A stretch of 62,001 nucleotides of DNA, taken from contig JBDTVZ010000004.1 in assembly GCA_040006935.1 (NCBI GenBank), forward strand, positions 1 through 62,001, given 5' to 3'. Shown one piece after another: positions 9,338-17,909 of the stretch. The notes under the pieces are model-generated. The model was not told the origin of the DNA. It ran no database searches and worked only from the letters and a program-made list of their open reading frames with translations. A program made the position numbers and the translations under genes. Position 1 is the stretch's first letter. The number at the start of each line of letters is the position of its first letter. This stretch comes from Candidatus Dojkabacteria bacterium (GTDB lineage: Bacteria; Patescibacteriota; Dojkabacteria; J137).

Positions 9338-10348
9338 ATGAGAAAAAAGATTGCACTTTTAGCTATTTTTGCACTGGTAGTTAATCCCTTCACCGGGTTT
9401 TTTAAAGTAAGTGCTGGAAACGTGACCGCGTATATAGATTTAACTGCGCAGCCCGCAACTGCACCAGCAACCATTAGTTCCGCACCAGAAGTTAATACCT
9501 CTGCAGCAACTCAATTTTATATTTCGTACGTAGCCTCTACTACTCAATTTGCTAATACTAATGTTATAACAATAATTTTACCTTCAGCATTTACAACTCT
9601 AACAACTTGTACAGTTTCAACAACAGATGCAGATGGCGATGCAACTCCTGATGGAGCTGTAACAATCTCTGGACAATCATTTCTTTATACATTTACAGCT
9701 GCAACAACAACAGCAACAACAACAGGTGTGGAAATTTGTTTTAAAGCAACAACTCCCGCTGCAAATGGTAATTACTCAATTTCAACAAGCGACGATAACG
9801 ATACGGATGTTTCCGCAGCATTAATTTATGTTGGAACAACAGCAGCAGCAGATACTAATGATGTTACTGTTACTGCTTCAATTGGACTATCTTTATCTTT
9901 AGCAATTAAAAACCCTTCAACAACAGCAAATACTAACTCGTGTGCTTTAGGTACATTAAACACTGGTTCTGTAAATACTTGTGCATATAGAATTGCAGCA
10001 GGAACAAATGATACAGCAGGAATGAATGTTCAAACTCTTTCGGACGGTGCTTTAAATTCAGGTGCAAATACGATTAATGATGTGGCAGATGGAAGTGTTA
10101 CTGCTGGTTCAGAAGAAACAGGGGTCGCTATGACAGCTGGTACAGGTTGGACATTGATTTCTCCATTTGATACAGGAGATGATCCAATTACAACTACACA
10201 ACAAAAATTTCAAAATAGAGCAACTATTGTTGATGAGACAACAACAGCAACGTGGACAACTGTTACTCATAAAGCAGCTATTAATACAGCTACTGTTGTA
10301 GGATCTTATGATCAAGTGATTACTTATAGAGCATATGTTTCACCTTAA
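9338..10348 (+). CDS. Thr/Ala-rich secreted subunit-like protein (candidate major fibre/surface-layer subunit)
   Basis: Signal peptide ending KVSAGN; 336 aa very rich in T, A and N. C-terminal strand VVGSYDQVITYRAYVSP. Shares a module (LSLSL..., two Cys, ALNSGANTI) with the C-terminal half of the 817-aa ORF. Confidence 0.55.
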   Translation: MRKKIALLAIFALVVNPFTGFFKVSAGNVTAYIDLTAQPATAPATISSAPEVNTSAATQFYISYVASTTQFANTNVITIILPSAFTTLTTCTVSTTDADGDATPDGAVTISGQSFLYTFTAATTTATTTGVEICFKATTPAANGNYSISTSDDNDTDVSAALIYVGTTAAADTNDVTVTASIGLSLSLAIKNPSTTANTNSCALGTLNTGSVNTCAYRIAAGTNDTAGMNVQTLSDGALNSGANTINDVADGSVTAGSEETGVAMTAGTGWTLISPFDTGDDPITTTQQKFQNRATIVDETTTATWTTVTHKAAINTATVVGSYDQVITYRAYVSP

Positions 10349-10366
10349 TATTAAATAATATAATTT

Positions 10367-10394
10367 AAAGTCCCGGATAATCCGGGACTTTTTA
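10367..10394 (+). terminator. Rho-independent terminator after the 9338 gene
   Basis: agtcccgga-taa-tccgggact followed by ttttt, 20 nt after the stop codon. Confidence 0.8.
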
Positions 10395-10482
10395 TGTTTA
10401 ATTTAGTCTACAAAATAATCTTAGACTTGTTATTATAGAAGTGTTACTGTAGTATTTATAAAACTACTTAAGAATTAATTTT

Positions 10483-11535
10483 ATGTTTCGATTTAAAGTT
10501 TGGATACGTATAACGACTTTCATTCTAATAGGATCTCTTATTATATCTACTTTACTACCCAGAAGTGCTAATGCATTGGTAATTTCACCTCCGATTATAG
10601 ATTTAAATATAGATAGATCCCAAAGTTATTCAGGAGAGTTCTCTGTCATTTTTAAGCAAGATGATCCAAGTGTTTTCTACTTATATTTAAAGAAGTTAGA
10701 TTTTGAGGATTTTACAAATAATCAAATTACCACGGATCCTTTGCCAGATGAACAAACTCTTGCAAATTGGACAGTGCTAGAAAATACTAGTGTTAATAAA
10801 CCCGAGGTAATGGGAGTTGTAAATGGTGATAACGTTGTCCCTGTAAAGTATACAGTATCAATTCCAGCAGATGCTCCTCCTGGAGCTCATTATGCACAAA
10901 TTATTGTAAGTCAGAAATCTCCAGAAGAGTTAGGACCTAATTCTCAAGTTTCTTTAGGTGCGGAAGTAGGTTACCAAATCTTAGTAAATCTAAAAGGTGA
11001 TAGAGATTATGATACTAAGTTAGTTAGCTTCAAACTCAAGGGAGATGTTAGTATTTTACCAACTTTACCAGCGTCATTCGAAACTACATTCCAGAATGAC
11101 GGGAATGTTTATGTTACACCAAATGCAAATATTGAAATTTTTGCGGGAGGAACTAAAATTGACAATATTACTTTAAATTCAAAATTTTATAGGATATTTC
11201 CAGGTAAAACTAAAACTTACCAAAATACTTGGTCTGAGGAAAATATAGAGGAGTTGCAAGATCAAGCTCAAATAGACTCCGTTGTTTCCTCCCTTCCTAA
11301 AGATTTTATGAGTTATGTTTCCTACGAAGTTTCTCATTTTAGAATAGGTATTTATAATGCTGATCTAGGAGGATTTGCTGGAGCGCAGGCACCTTTTAAA
11401 TCATCTGTAACGTTTATTGTTATTCCATATCACCTATTACTTGTTCTATTAGGATTAGTAGTTTTATTCTATATAGTCTATAGATTGGGAAAGAGGGGTT
11501 CTGATTCTACTAAACGAAAGAAGGTAAACAGATAA
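10483..11535 (+). CDS. Secreted Ig-like surface protein with C-terminal membrane anchor, paralogue 3
   Basis: Signal peptide ending SANA; LVISPPIIDLNIDRSQSY; YTVSIPADAPPGAHYAQIIV; C-terminal TM LLLVLLGLVVLFYIVY followed by RLGKRGSDSTKRKK. Confidence 0.55.
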   Translation: MFRFKVWIRITTFILIGSLIISTLLPRSANALVISPPIIDLNIDRSQSYSGEFSVIFKQDDPSVFYLYLKKLDFEDFTNNQITTDPLPDEQTLANWTVLENTSVNKPEVMGVVNGDNVVPVKYTVSIPADAPPGAHYAQIIVSQKSPEELGPNSQVSLGAEVGYQILVNLKGDRDYDTKLVSFKLKGDVSILPTLPASFETTFQNDGNVYVTPNANIEIFAGGTKIDNITLNSKFYRIFPGKTKTYQNTWSEENIEELQDQAQIDSVVSSLPKDFMSYVSYEVSHFRIGIYNADLGGFAGAQAPFKSSVTFIVIPYHLLLVLLGLVVLFYIVYRLGKRGSDSTKRKKVNR

Positions 11536-11562
11536 TCACTTGCATATTACTCTTCAAAACGA

Positions 11563-14016
11563 ATGAAAAAGTTAGTATTAGCATTGTCACTTGTTTTCAT
11601 AATTAGCCCTTTTTTTATTCCTAATTTCCCATTAAACATTCAAGCAGATACTGGATACTCTGCATGGGCAGTAGGGGGAGTAGCTGCAGTTGCAACAACA
11701 GGGTCACAGAATTTAGATAGAGAAATTTCAGATGGTGAGGGTGGAATAATTGTAGCTTGGAATGACTCAAGATCAATTTCTAACGAAGTATATGCACAAA
11801 AAATAAATTCAGCGGGAGCTCCTCAGTGGACAACAAATGGTGTAGCCATAATGACCGGAAATAATGATAATAGTAAACCCGCGTTGATATCTGATGGTTT
11901 AGGAGGAGCAATAATAACCTGGTCAGATTCAAGATCTGGAAATGCTGATATATATGCTCAAAGAATAAATAGAACTGGAACAGTACAATGGACTGCTAAT
12001 GGTGTTACTATAAGTAATCCCACAGGAAATCAAAATGTACCAGAAATTATTTCTGATGGTAATGGAGGAGCGATAATTACTTGGTATGATTTCCGTGCAG
12101 GTGTTAGTAATGCAGATGTGTACGTACAAAGAGTAAATAGTGCAGGTACAGTACAGTGGACTGCAAACGGAGTTCAATTAACAAGTATTGCAGGAAATCA
12201 ACAAACTGTACAGATAGTGTCCGATGGTACAGGAGGAGCAATAATAGCTTGGGAGGATGGAGATGTTTCTGCCCAAAGAGTAAATAGTGCAGGTGCTATA
12301 CAATGGACGGCAGGTGGAATTGTAATTTCAAATGCAACTAACTCACAGTCAAGAATTGCAGCTATGGATGATGGTAGTGGTGGTGCAATCTTTACTTGGG
12401 AGGATCACAGAGCTGCAAGCACTGATGTATATGCTCAGAAAATTAACTCGGCAGGTACAGTACAATGGACTGCCAATGGTGTTGCAATTGCAAATTCTGC
12501 TGATACCGAAGCTATACCGGTCTTAACAACCGATGGGAGTGGAGGAGCGATAATTTCCTGGGAACGAACTGTTTCTGGGCTTTCGAGAGATATTTACGCA
12601 CAAAGGATAAATAGTGCAGGAACAGTACAATGGACTGCTAATGGGTTGATTGTTGTTACTGGAACTGCGGATCAAAATTTCCCTAACATTACCACAGATT
12701 TAAATGGTGGAGCAGTAATAGTTTGGAATGATTGGGCTAGAACTCCCACTAGTCTTGATTTATATGCGCAACGTATTAATTCCAGTGGTTCTGTTGTATG
12801 GAATACACAAGGGGTTTTAATTTCTGGCACGACAACATCATCCGATTTAAAAACAATTACATCATCATTTAATTTAGTAGGTGATAGTTCGGGACAGTTT
12901 TTTATGTCTTGGAAGTCAAATAATACTTCCGGAGATATATATACCCAAAAAATACTGAATCTCAATCGGAAAAATGTGTCAAAATTTGCAGATTCTATGA
13001 CTCGGATTAATGAAACTACTACGGCAACACATACAATCTATTTTGTTAATAGTAGTGGAATATTTGCTGGACAGAATATAAAAATTACTTTTCCCGGTGC
13101 ATTTACTTTTGGAGCTTCATTTGATTTTGGTGAGATTGCCTTAGCGCAGGGGAGTACTAATGATTGTGCTACTGCTACTTTTACTTCTAAAACAATTGCA
13201 GCGTCTGCTTCTGGTACTACGTGGGGGGCTACATATTCTTCAAGTGTAGTGACTATCGTTTCTGCGACAGATTTTATTCCAGAGGACCGATGTATTAGGG
13301 TTATACTGAGTTCTACAACCGGATCAAATACAATAACTAACCCTACAATATCCTCAGACACAGTGTACAATATAGATGTTATCGCAGGAAGTGAGCAAGG
13401 ACAACTCGCAGTTATAATTTTGAACGATTTAGGAACTCCAGATTCAGATCAGATACAAATTCAAGGTAATGTTGGAACAGCAATTAGTTTAGATTTAGAT
13501 ACAGTTAATACTAACTGTAATAATAGTACAGAAACTGGTTTAAATACTGTGAATTTAGGAAGATTATACCCGAATGTTGTGACTCTAAGCGGTACAACAA
13601 TTAATTTTATTTGTATAGATGCTGCAAGCAATGCGGGCCTAGGTATGCAGATTTTTGCTCGTAGTAATAGAAGTAATGCAACTGGAGCGTTAGTATCTGG
13701 TGCAAATACTATAGTTTCGGCGACGGCAAATTTAAACTCAACCGCTTCAGGCTATGGTTTGAGAGTTTCATCAGTGGGAACACCTACTACAGGTACATTT
13801 ACGGCCGTTTCACCTTTCAATAACGGAACTCCTGGTAGTGTTGGTCTATTACCTGGTATACTGAGTTCAGCAGCAAAAATTGTTAATTCTTCTGCTCCAG
13901 TACAGACTGGAATATCAAGTAGAATTGCTATAGAAGTTGCTGCAAAGGCAAGTGGTGTAACTCCATCTGGTAGTTATTCAGATATTATCAGTTTTACTGC
14001 ATTAGTTAACTTTTGA
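11563..14016 (+). CDS. Secreted protein: N-terminal repeat beta-propeller-like domain fused to a copy of the 9338 subunit module
   Basis: 817 aa with a signal peptide. Seven full plus one partial ~55-aa repeats (GGAIITW.D.R....DIYAQRIN.AGTVQWTANGV). The C-terminal half parallels the 9338 protein (AISLDLD, ALVSGANTI) and ends SGSYSDIISFTALVNF. Confidence 0.6.
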   Translation: MKKLVLALSLVFIISPFFIPNFPLNIQADTGYSAWAVGGVAAVATTGSQNLDREISDGEGGIIVAWNDSRSISNEVYAQKINSAGAPQWTTNGVAIMTGNNDNSKPALISDGLGGAIITWSDSRSGNADIYAQRINRTGTVQWTANGVTISNPTGNQNVPEIISDGNGGAIITWYDFRAGVSNADVYVQRVNSAGTVQWTANGVQLTSIAGNQQTVQIVSDGTGGAIIAWEDGDVSAQRVNSAGAIQWTAGGIVISNATNSQSRIAAMDDGSGGAIFTWEDHRAASTDVYAQKINSAGTVQWTANGVAIANSADTEAIPVLTTDGSGGAIISWERTVSGLSRDIYAQRINSAGTVQWTANGLIVVTGTADQNFPNITTDLNGGAVIVWNDWARTPTSLDLYAQRINSSGSVVWNTQGVLISGTTTSSDLKTITSSFNLVGDSSGQFFMSWKSNNTSGDIYTQKILNLNRKNVSKFADSMTRINETTTATHTIYFVNSSGIFAGQNIKITFPGAFTFGASFDFGEIALAQGSTNDCATATFTSKTIAASASGTTWGATYSSSVVTIVSATDFIPEDRCIRVILSSTTGSNTITNPTISSDTVYNIDVIAGSEQGQLAVIILNDLGTPDSDQIQIQGNVGTAISLDLDTVNTNCNNSTETGLNTVNLGRLYPNVVTLSGTTINFICIDAASNAGLGMQIFARSNRSNATGALVSGANTIVSATANLNSTASGYGLRVSSVGTPTTGTFTAVSPFNNGTPGSVGLLPGILSSAAKIVNSSAPVQTGISSRIAIEVAAKASGVTPSGSYSDIISFTALVNF
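11722..12960 (+). repeat. Tandem coding repeats (~159-171 bp period) inside the 817-aa ORF
   Basis: The DNA motif acagtacaatggactgc(t/c/a)aa(t/c)gg recurs near 11984, 12148, 12460 and 12619. Protein-level repeats are listed with the CDS. Confidence 0.8.
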
Positions 14017-15431
14017 TGAAAAAAATAGTATTAAATATATTTATTCTGGCAGTTCTTGCATTATCTGCTTTCTCTTTCTTACCAAGTTCTTCAACTACTC
14101 AATTAGGTCCACAAACTCTCTGCGCTGCAAGTGATTTAGCAACAGGTCTTGCTTGTTTAAATAATATCTCTACTTGCTCAGATGGAGGTCACAATTTATT
14201 CAATGATACAGGTGTGACATCTTTATTTAACGGGGAAATTAATATTGTTAAAATAGAACAAGCAATTATTAATACAGGTGCTTCATTTGCAGTAAATTTA
14301 CCAGGAGGACTCGAAGCTAATAGAAATAAATTTTGTCTCTCTGGAGATGCAAAAGCAATTATTCCGGCTTATCAGAAACAGAGTGATACTCCTATAAATA
14401 CAGATTTAGCTGGATATGGTGGTGGAATCGATTTAAGATATTTGCCTAGAAAATGTATAGGTTTATTGGATACTCCTAGTCAGGACTTAGGCATAGCAAC
14501 AGCATCTATCTATGGAGCTGGGTGGGGGTGTTGCCCTTCAGGGTATCAATTTTTGCTTTCAAGTAGTCATGTTTTTGATGTTCCACCTTCAATTGTAACG
14601 GATTTTAGCGGAGAAGGTATTCGCAATAATTATTCTGCTTGTTGTCCAGGAGGTTCGACACATTGGCTACCAACAGCAAGTAATGTGGATGGAATTGCTA
14701 GACCTGCAGGTTGCCTTGATGAAAATTTCAATATTATAGCTACCCCAGACGATTCTAGGGTTGTCAAAAGTAGTGATAACTCCGCAATTCAAGGAGCTGG
14801 TTTAAACACAGCAGAAAGTTTCAGTATCGGACCACAGACTGGAGCAAACCAACTTTGTCCATCACAATCCGTATGCGCAGCAACTGATACAGGTGTAATA
14901 GTCAATGCCTCCGATTTACGATCAAATTCAGCATTAGTATGTGCTAAATGTTATAGCGAGGGAGAAGCTATTAAAATTTCAGCAGATGGAAATTCATTAA
15001 TAAGATGTTCCTCTTCGGGCTCGGACTCGGCGGGTCAGCCTGTAGAAGAAATTGGGCTTTGTAATAATTCTGCGTCAGATACATTAGCATGTTTATCGGG
15101 TGGTCGTTCTGATAATGAGAATTATTCATTCTGTTGTACTTGTAGAGTAAGAGGTGGAGTTTGGACAGGAATTGGTTGCACAGATACAACACCATTGGGA
15201 ATAATAACAGGAATAATTAGAATAGTATTTGGAGTGGTAGGTGGAGTTGCCTTAATTCAATTAATAATTGCTGGAATTATGTATCAAACAGGTGACGAAG
15301 CCAGAATAAAATCAGCAAGGGAAAGTATTATCAAAACTTTAACAGGACTTGCAGTATTAGTTTTCAGCATATTAATCTTGAGAATAATAGGAATTAATAT
15401 TTTGGATGTATTGCCTGTAGGAAGCATTTAG
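14016..15431 (+). CDS. Cys-rich secreted protein with C-terminal two-helix VirB2/TrbC-like (T4SS-pilin-like) membrane tail
   Basis: ATG 14016 overlaps the upstream TGA (tgATG). Signal peptide, then 21 Cys in the ectodomain. C-terminus: IIRIVFGVVGGVALIQLIIAGIMYQTGDEARIKSARESIIKTLTGLAVLVFSILILRII. Confidence 0.55.
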   Translation: MKKIVLNIFILAVLALSAFSFLPSSSTTQLGPQTLCAASDLATGLACLNNISTCSDGGHNLFNDTGVTSLFNGEINIVKIEQAIINTGASFAVNLPGGLEANRNKFCLSGDAKAIIPAYQKQSDTPINTDLAGYGGGIDLRYLPRKCIGLLDTPSQDLGIATASIYGAGWGCCPSGYQFLLSSSHVFDVPPSIVTDFSGEGIRNNYSACCPGGSTHWLPTASNVDGIARPAGCLDENFNIIATPDDSRVVKSSDNSAIQGAGLNTAESFSIGPQTGANQLCPSQSVCAATDTGVIVNASDLRSNSALVCAKCYSEGEAIKISADGNSLIRCSSSGSDSAGQPVEEIGLCNNSASDTLACLSGGRSDNENYSFCCTCRVRGGVWTGIGCTDTTPLGIITGIIRIVFGVVGGVALIQLIIAGIMYQTGDEARIKSARESIIKTLTGLAVLVFSILILRIIGINILDVLPVGSI

Positions 15432-15496
15432 TCAATTAAAAATGAAAAGATATTCAATTAAAAGAGGAATGAGATTCTCTCTTAATTCTTAATTAA

Positions 15497-16939
15497 TTAT
15501 CTCAGCCACTTTGCATCTATTCCATTTTTAACCTCCGTGAGAATTGTGTTGTTTTTTAAATCGAAAATAACAAGATCTGCTTTATAAGGTTTAGCCTGAT
15601 TAATGAAACTTCTTTGATTTTGATAATCTAATAACGCTTCCTTACCATATCTTTCAGTAATAATGTAGTTATCATCCCAGCTTGCCATTGGTAATTCGAG
15701 ACTTCTTACTGAGTCTGACATACTATCTTTAAAGGTGTAATCTCCCACACTAGCCTCTCCTTTTATACCATTTACAATTTTAAAAATTCCTTGGGACCCT
15801 AACAAATCCTGATCTTTTTCTCCAAATAAAATATTATCGTCTTTATTAAAAAATTTAGGATCTACAATATAATTAGCCGGGTCTGTAATATTGATCGTCT
15901 TTCTATCTGAAGTGAAAATCACTACAAAAGGGAAGGATGAATATGTGGCTAATGGATCGTAACTTGTAAATATTATTTTTGTACCGTCAAAATTAAACCC
16001 TCCCGTTCCAGTATATTTACCAATGGAAATAGGATCTGAAGAATTATCTAATGGAGCTAGAAAATAATACGAATCTGAAGATCTATATAATATACTTTTC
16101 CCATCTGGACTAAAACTAGCGTCCATTACATCACTCGCAGTGTTTTGCGGGTTAAAGTCCGTAATAGCTCCCGTAGATAAATCATAAATTTTAATTAGGT
16201 TTCCAGATAGAGGTTGGAGAAATTGTCCTTTTGGCTCAACCTGTTGATAAATGTAAATAAAAGCATTGAGTGTATTTGATAAATCTATTTTACTTACCGA
16301 AGCTTTATTAAAACTTAAATCTTTAGTACTATTATCTTTTAAATTAATAATCTTAATAGTGTTTGTTAAATCTGAATTTATAGTGATTAGAGTAATATAA
16401 TCTTTGTTGATACTATATTGCTTTATATTATTGTCCTCAGCCAATACTTTAGAGTTTGTATTTTTTGCGTCTCTACTAATTACTTTATCCTTTGCTGCTG
16501 GATAATTTTTTTCAAGATATGCAAAATTGAGTGCCTTAGTTTTGAATGTATATTCGAATTTATCTTCAATAGTATTCCCATACACATCTTTAAACCCTGG
16601 TAAAACATCCAGCTTATATTCTGTATCTTCATCTAAAGTATTCTTTGGAATTATATTAAGAGTATTGCCGTTCCACGAAAGATTGAAATCAATTTGTGGA
16701 TCTATTTTTATATAGCCTCTAAAATCAATAGATTTGTTATCAGCTGTTTTTTCAACTGGTCTGCTGAAGTAAATTTTAATTCTTTGCTGTAAAAATTCTG
16801 CATTTTCTTTCCCGCCCTCAACATCTATAAATCGAATGTGTGGCTCAGAGCTTGCATTAAGAATAATTAGAAGCAAAAGAGTAAGTGTTAATACTATAAG
16901 TACAATTGATATTATTTTTTTATAATTAAATCTTTTCAC
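15497..16939 (-). CDS. Membrane-anchored protein with SbsA-type Ig-like domain and TolB/PD40-like beta-propeller repeats
   Basis: N-terminal TM; Ig-like segment IKIDPQIDFNLSWNGNTLNIIP...YKLDVLPGFKDVYGN; PD40-like strands DASFSPDGKSILYRS and FNFDGTKIIFTS. Confidence 0.5.
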   Translation of the reverse strand: MKRFNYKKIISIVLIVLTLTLLLLIILNASSEPHIRFIDVEGGKENAEFLQQRIKIYFSRPVEKTADNKSIDFRGYIKIDPQIDFNLSWNGNTLNIIPKNTLDEDTEYKLDVLPGFKDVYGNTIEDKFEYTFKTKALNFAYLEKNYPAAKDKVISRDAKNTNSKVLAEDNNIKQYSINKDYITLITINSDLTNTIKIINLKDNSTKDLSFNKASVSKIDLSNTLNAFIYIYQQVEPKGQFLQPLSGNLIKIYDLSTGAITDFNPQNTASDVMDASFSPDGKSILYRSSDSYYFLAPLDNSSDPISIGKYTGTGGFNFDGTKIIFTSYDPLATYSSFPFVVIFTSDRKTINITDPANYIVDPKFFNKDDNILFGEKDQDLLGSQGIFKIVNGIKGEASVGDYTFKDSMSDSVRSLELPMASWDDNYIITERYGKEALLDYQNQRSFINQAKPYKADLVIFDLKNNTILTEVKNGIDAKWLR

Positions 16940-16952
16940 TTTTAACTCTTAA

Positions 16953-17909
16953 CTATGTAATATAAGGTTTGTTCGGTATATTAGTAGGCTCTACATTTAC
17001 AGGATTTATATATAAATCCTCATTACCATTATTTTCTGAAACTTCGAATATTCCTGTTACTTTCACCCAATCGCCTGCTTTAAATTTATCATTCCATTTA
17101 AATTTAACTTTAAGTCCAACTGGAGTTGCATCTGCAGCACAACACCTAATAACAAATCGACCAATTAAAAATTCTGTATCCGCATCAATAATCTTTGGAG
17201 TGAATATAAACCCAACAACCTCAACTTCTTTTCCTTTGTAGAAATTAGGATCTGGATTAAAATTTAAAGATGCAATCCAATCACCAATTCCGTAATTCTT
17301 AGTACCAGTACTGAAGTTTTTTGTAATATCTTGTCCACTCGTCACACTTACAGTATTTAAATTATCAGCTCTTTGATCCGCAATATTAGAAGAGAGTGCT
17401 TGCGAAGGTAAAACTAGGCCTAAAGAAATAATTACAATTACTAATAAACTAGAAAAAAAGTTTTTATTTAAATATTCATCAACTTTATTGTTTTTAAAGG
17501 GTATAAATACTCCAATCGCAGCAAGAATAAATGTAGGTAAGAATATGAATCCAGCGATACATAAAACGATAATAAAGATAAATTTCCTATCAATTAATAT
17601 TTCTACCGGAATAAATATCACCACCGGAAGTAATATTAAAAGAATATTATTAAATAGTATTCCGAGAGTTCCAATAAATAATATTAGTGCAAATTTCAAT
17701 AACTCCCCTTTCTTAAAACTTTTTCTCAATCTATATCCATTATATATCATACCCACAATGCATATTACAAAAGAAGCTAACGCCGCTACTAAAATTAAAT
17801 TGTAGTATCGGTCGGTTGTATAGTAGCTCAAAGTATTTTGTACAAATGCAGAAAGTACTATCCATAAAGAATAAGTTCCAATTGTCAAAAAGCTGTAAAT
17901 TTCTTTCAT
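16953..17909 (-). CDS. TIGR03943/DUF1980-family membrane protein (partner subunit of the two-component permease)
   Basis: Multi-TM N-terminal half and a C-terminal domain with the family CC-x-x-D-A signature (RFVIRCCAADATPVGLKV). 4-nt overlap with the upstream permease gene. Confidence 0.7.
   Translation of the reverse strand: MKEIYSFLTIGTYSLWIVLSAFVQNTLSYYTTDRYYNLILVAALASFVICIVGMIYNGYRLRKSFKKGELLKFALILFIGTLGILFNNILLILLPVVIFIPVEILIDRKFIFIIVLCIAGFIFLPTFILAAIGVFIPFKNNKVDEYLNKNFFSSLLVIVIISLGLVLPSQALSSNIADQRADNLNTVSVTSGQDITKNFSTGTKNYGIGDWIASLNFNPDPNFYKGKEVEVVGFIFTPKIIDADTEFLIGRFVIRCCAADATPVGLKVKFKWNDKFKAGDWVKVTGIFEVSENNGNEDLYINPVNVEPTNIPNKPYIT

Noticed and set aside
11722-12960. Regularly spaced DNA repeats, possibly a CRISPR-like array.
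   Set aside because: The repeats are ~160-170 bp, in frame within a long ORF, and imperfect. They are protein-domain repeats with no spacer structure.
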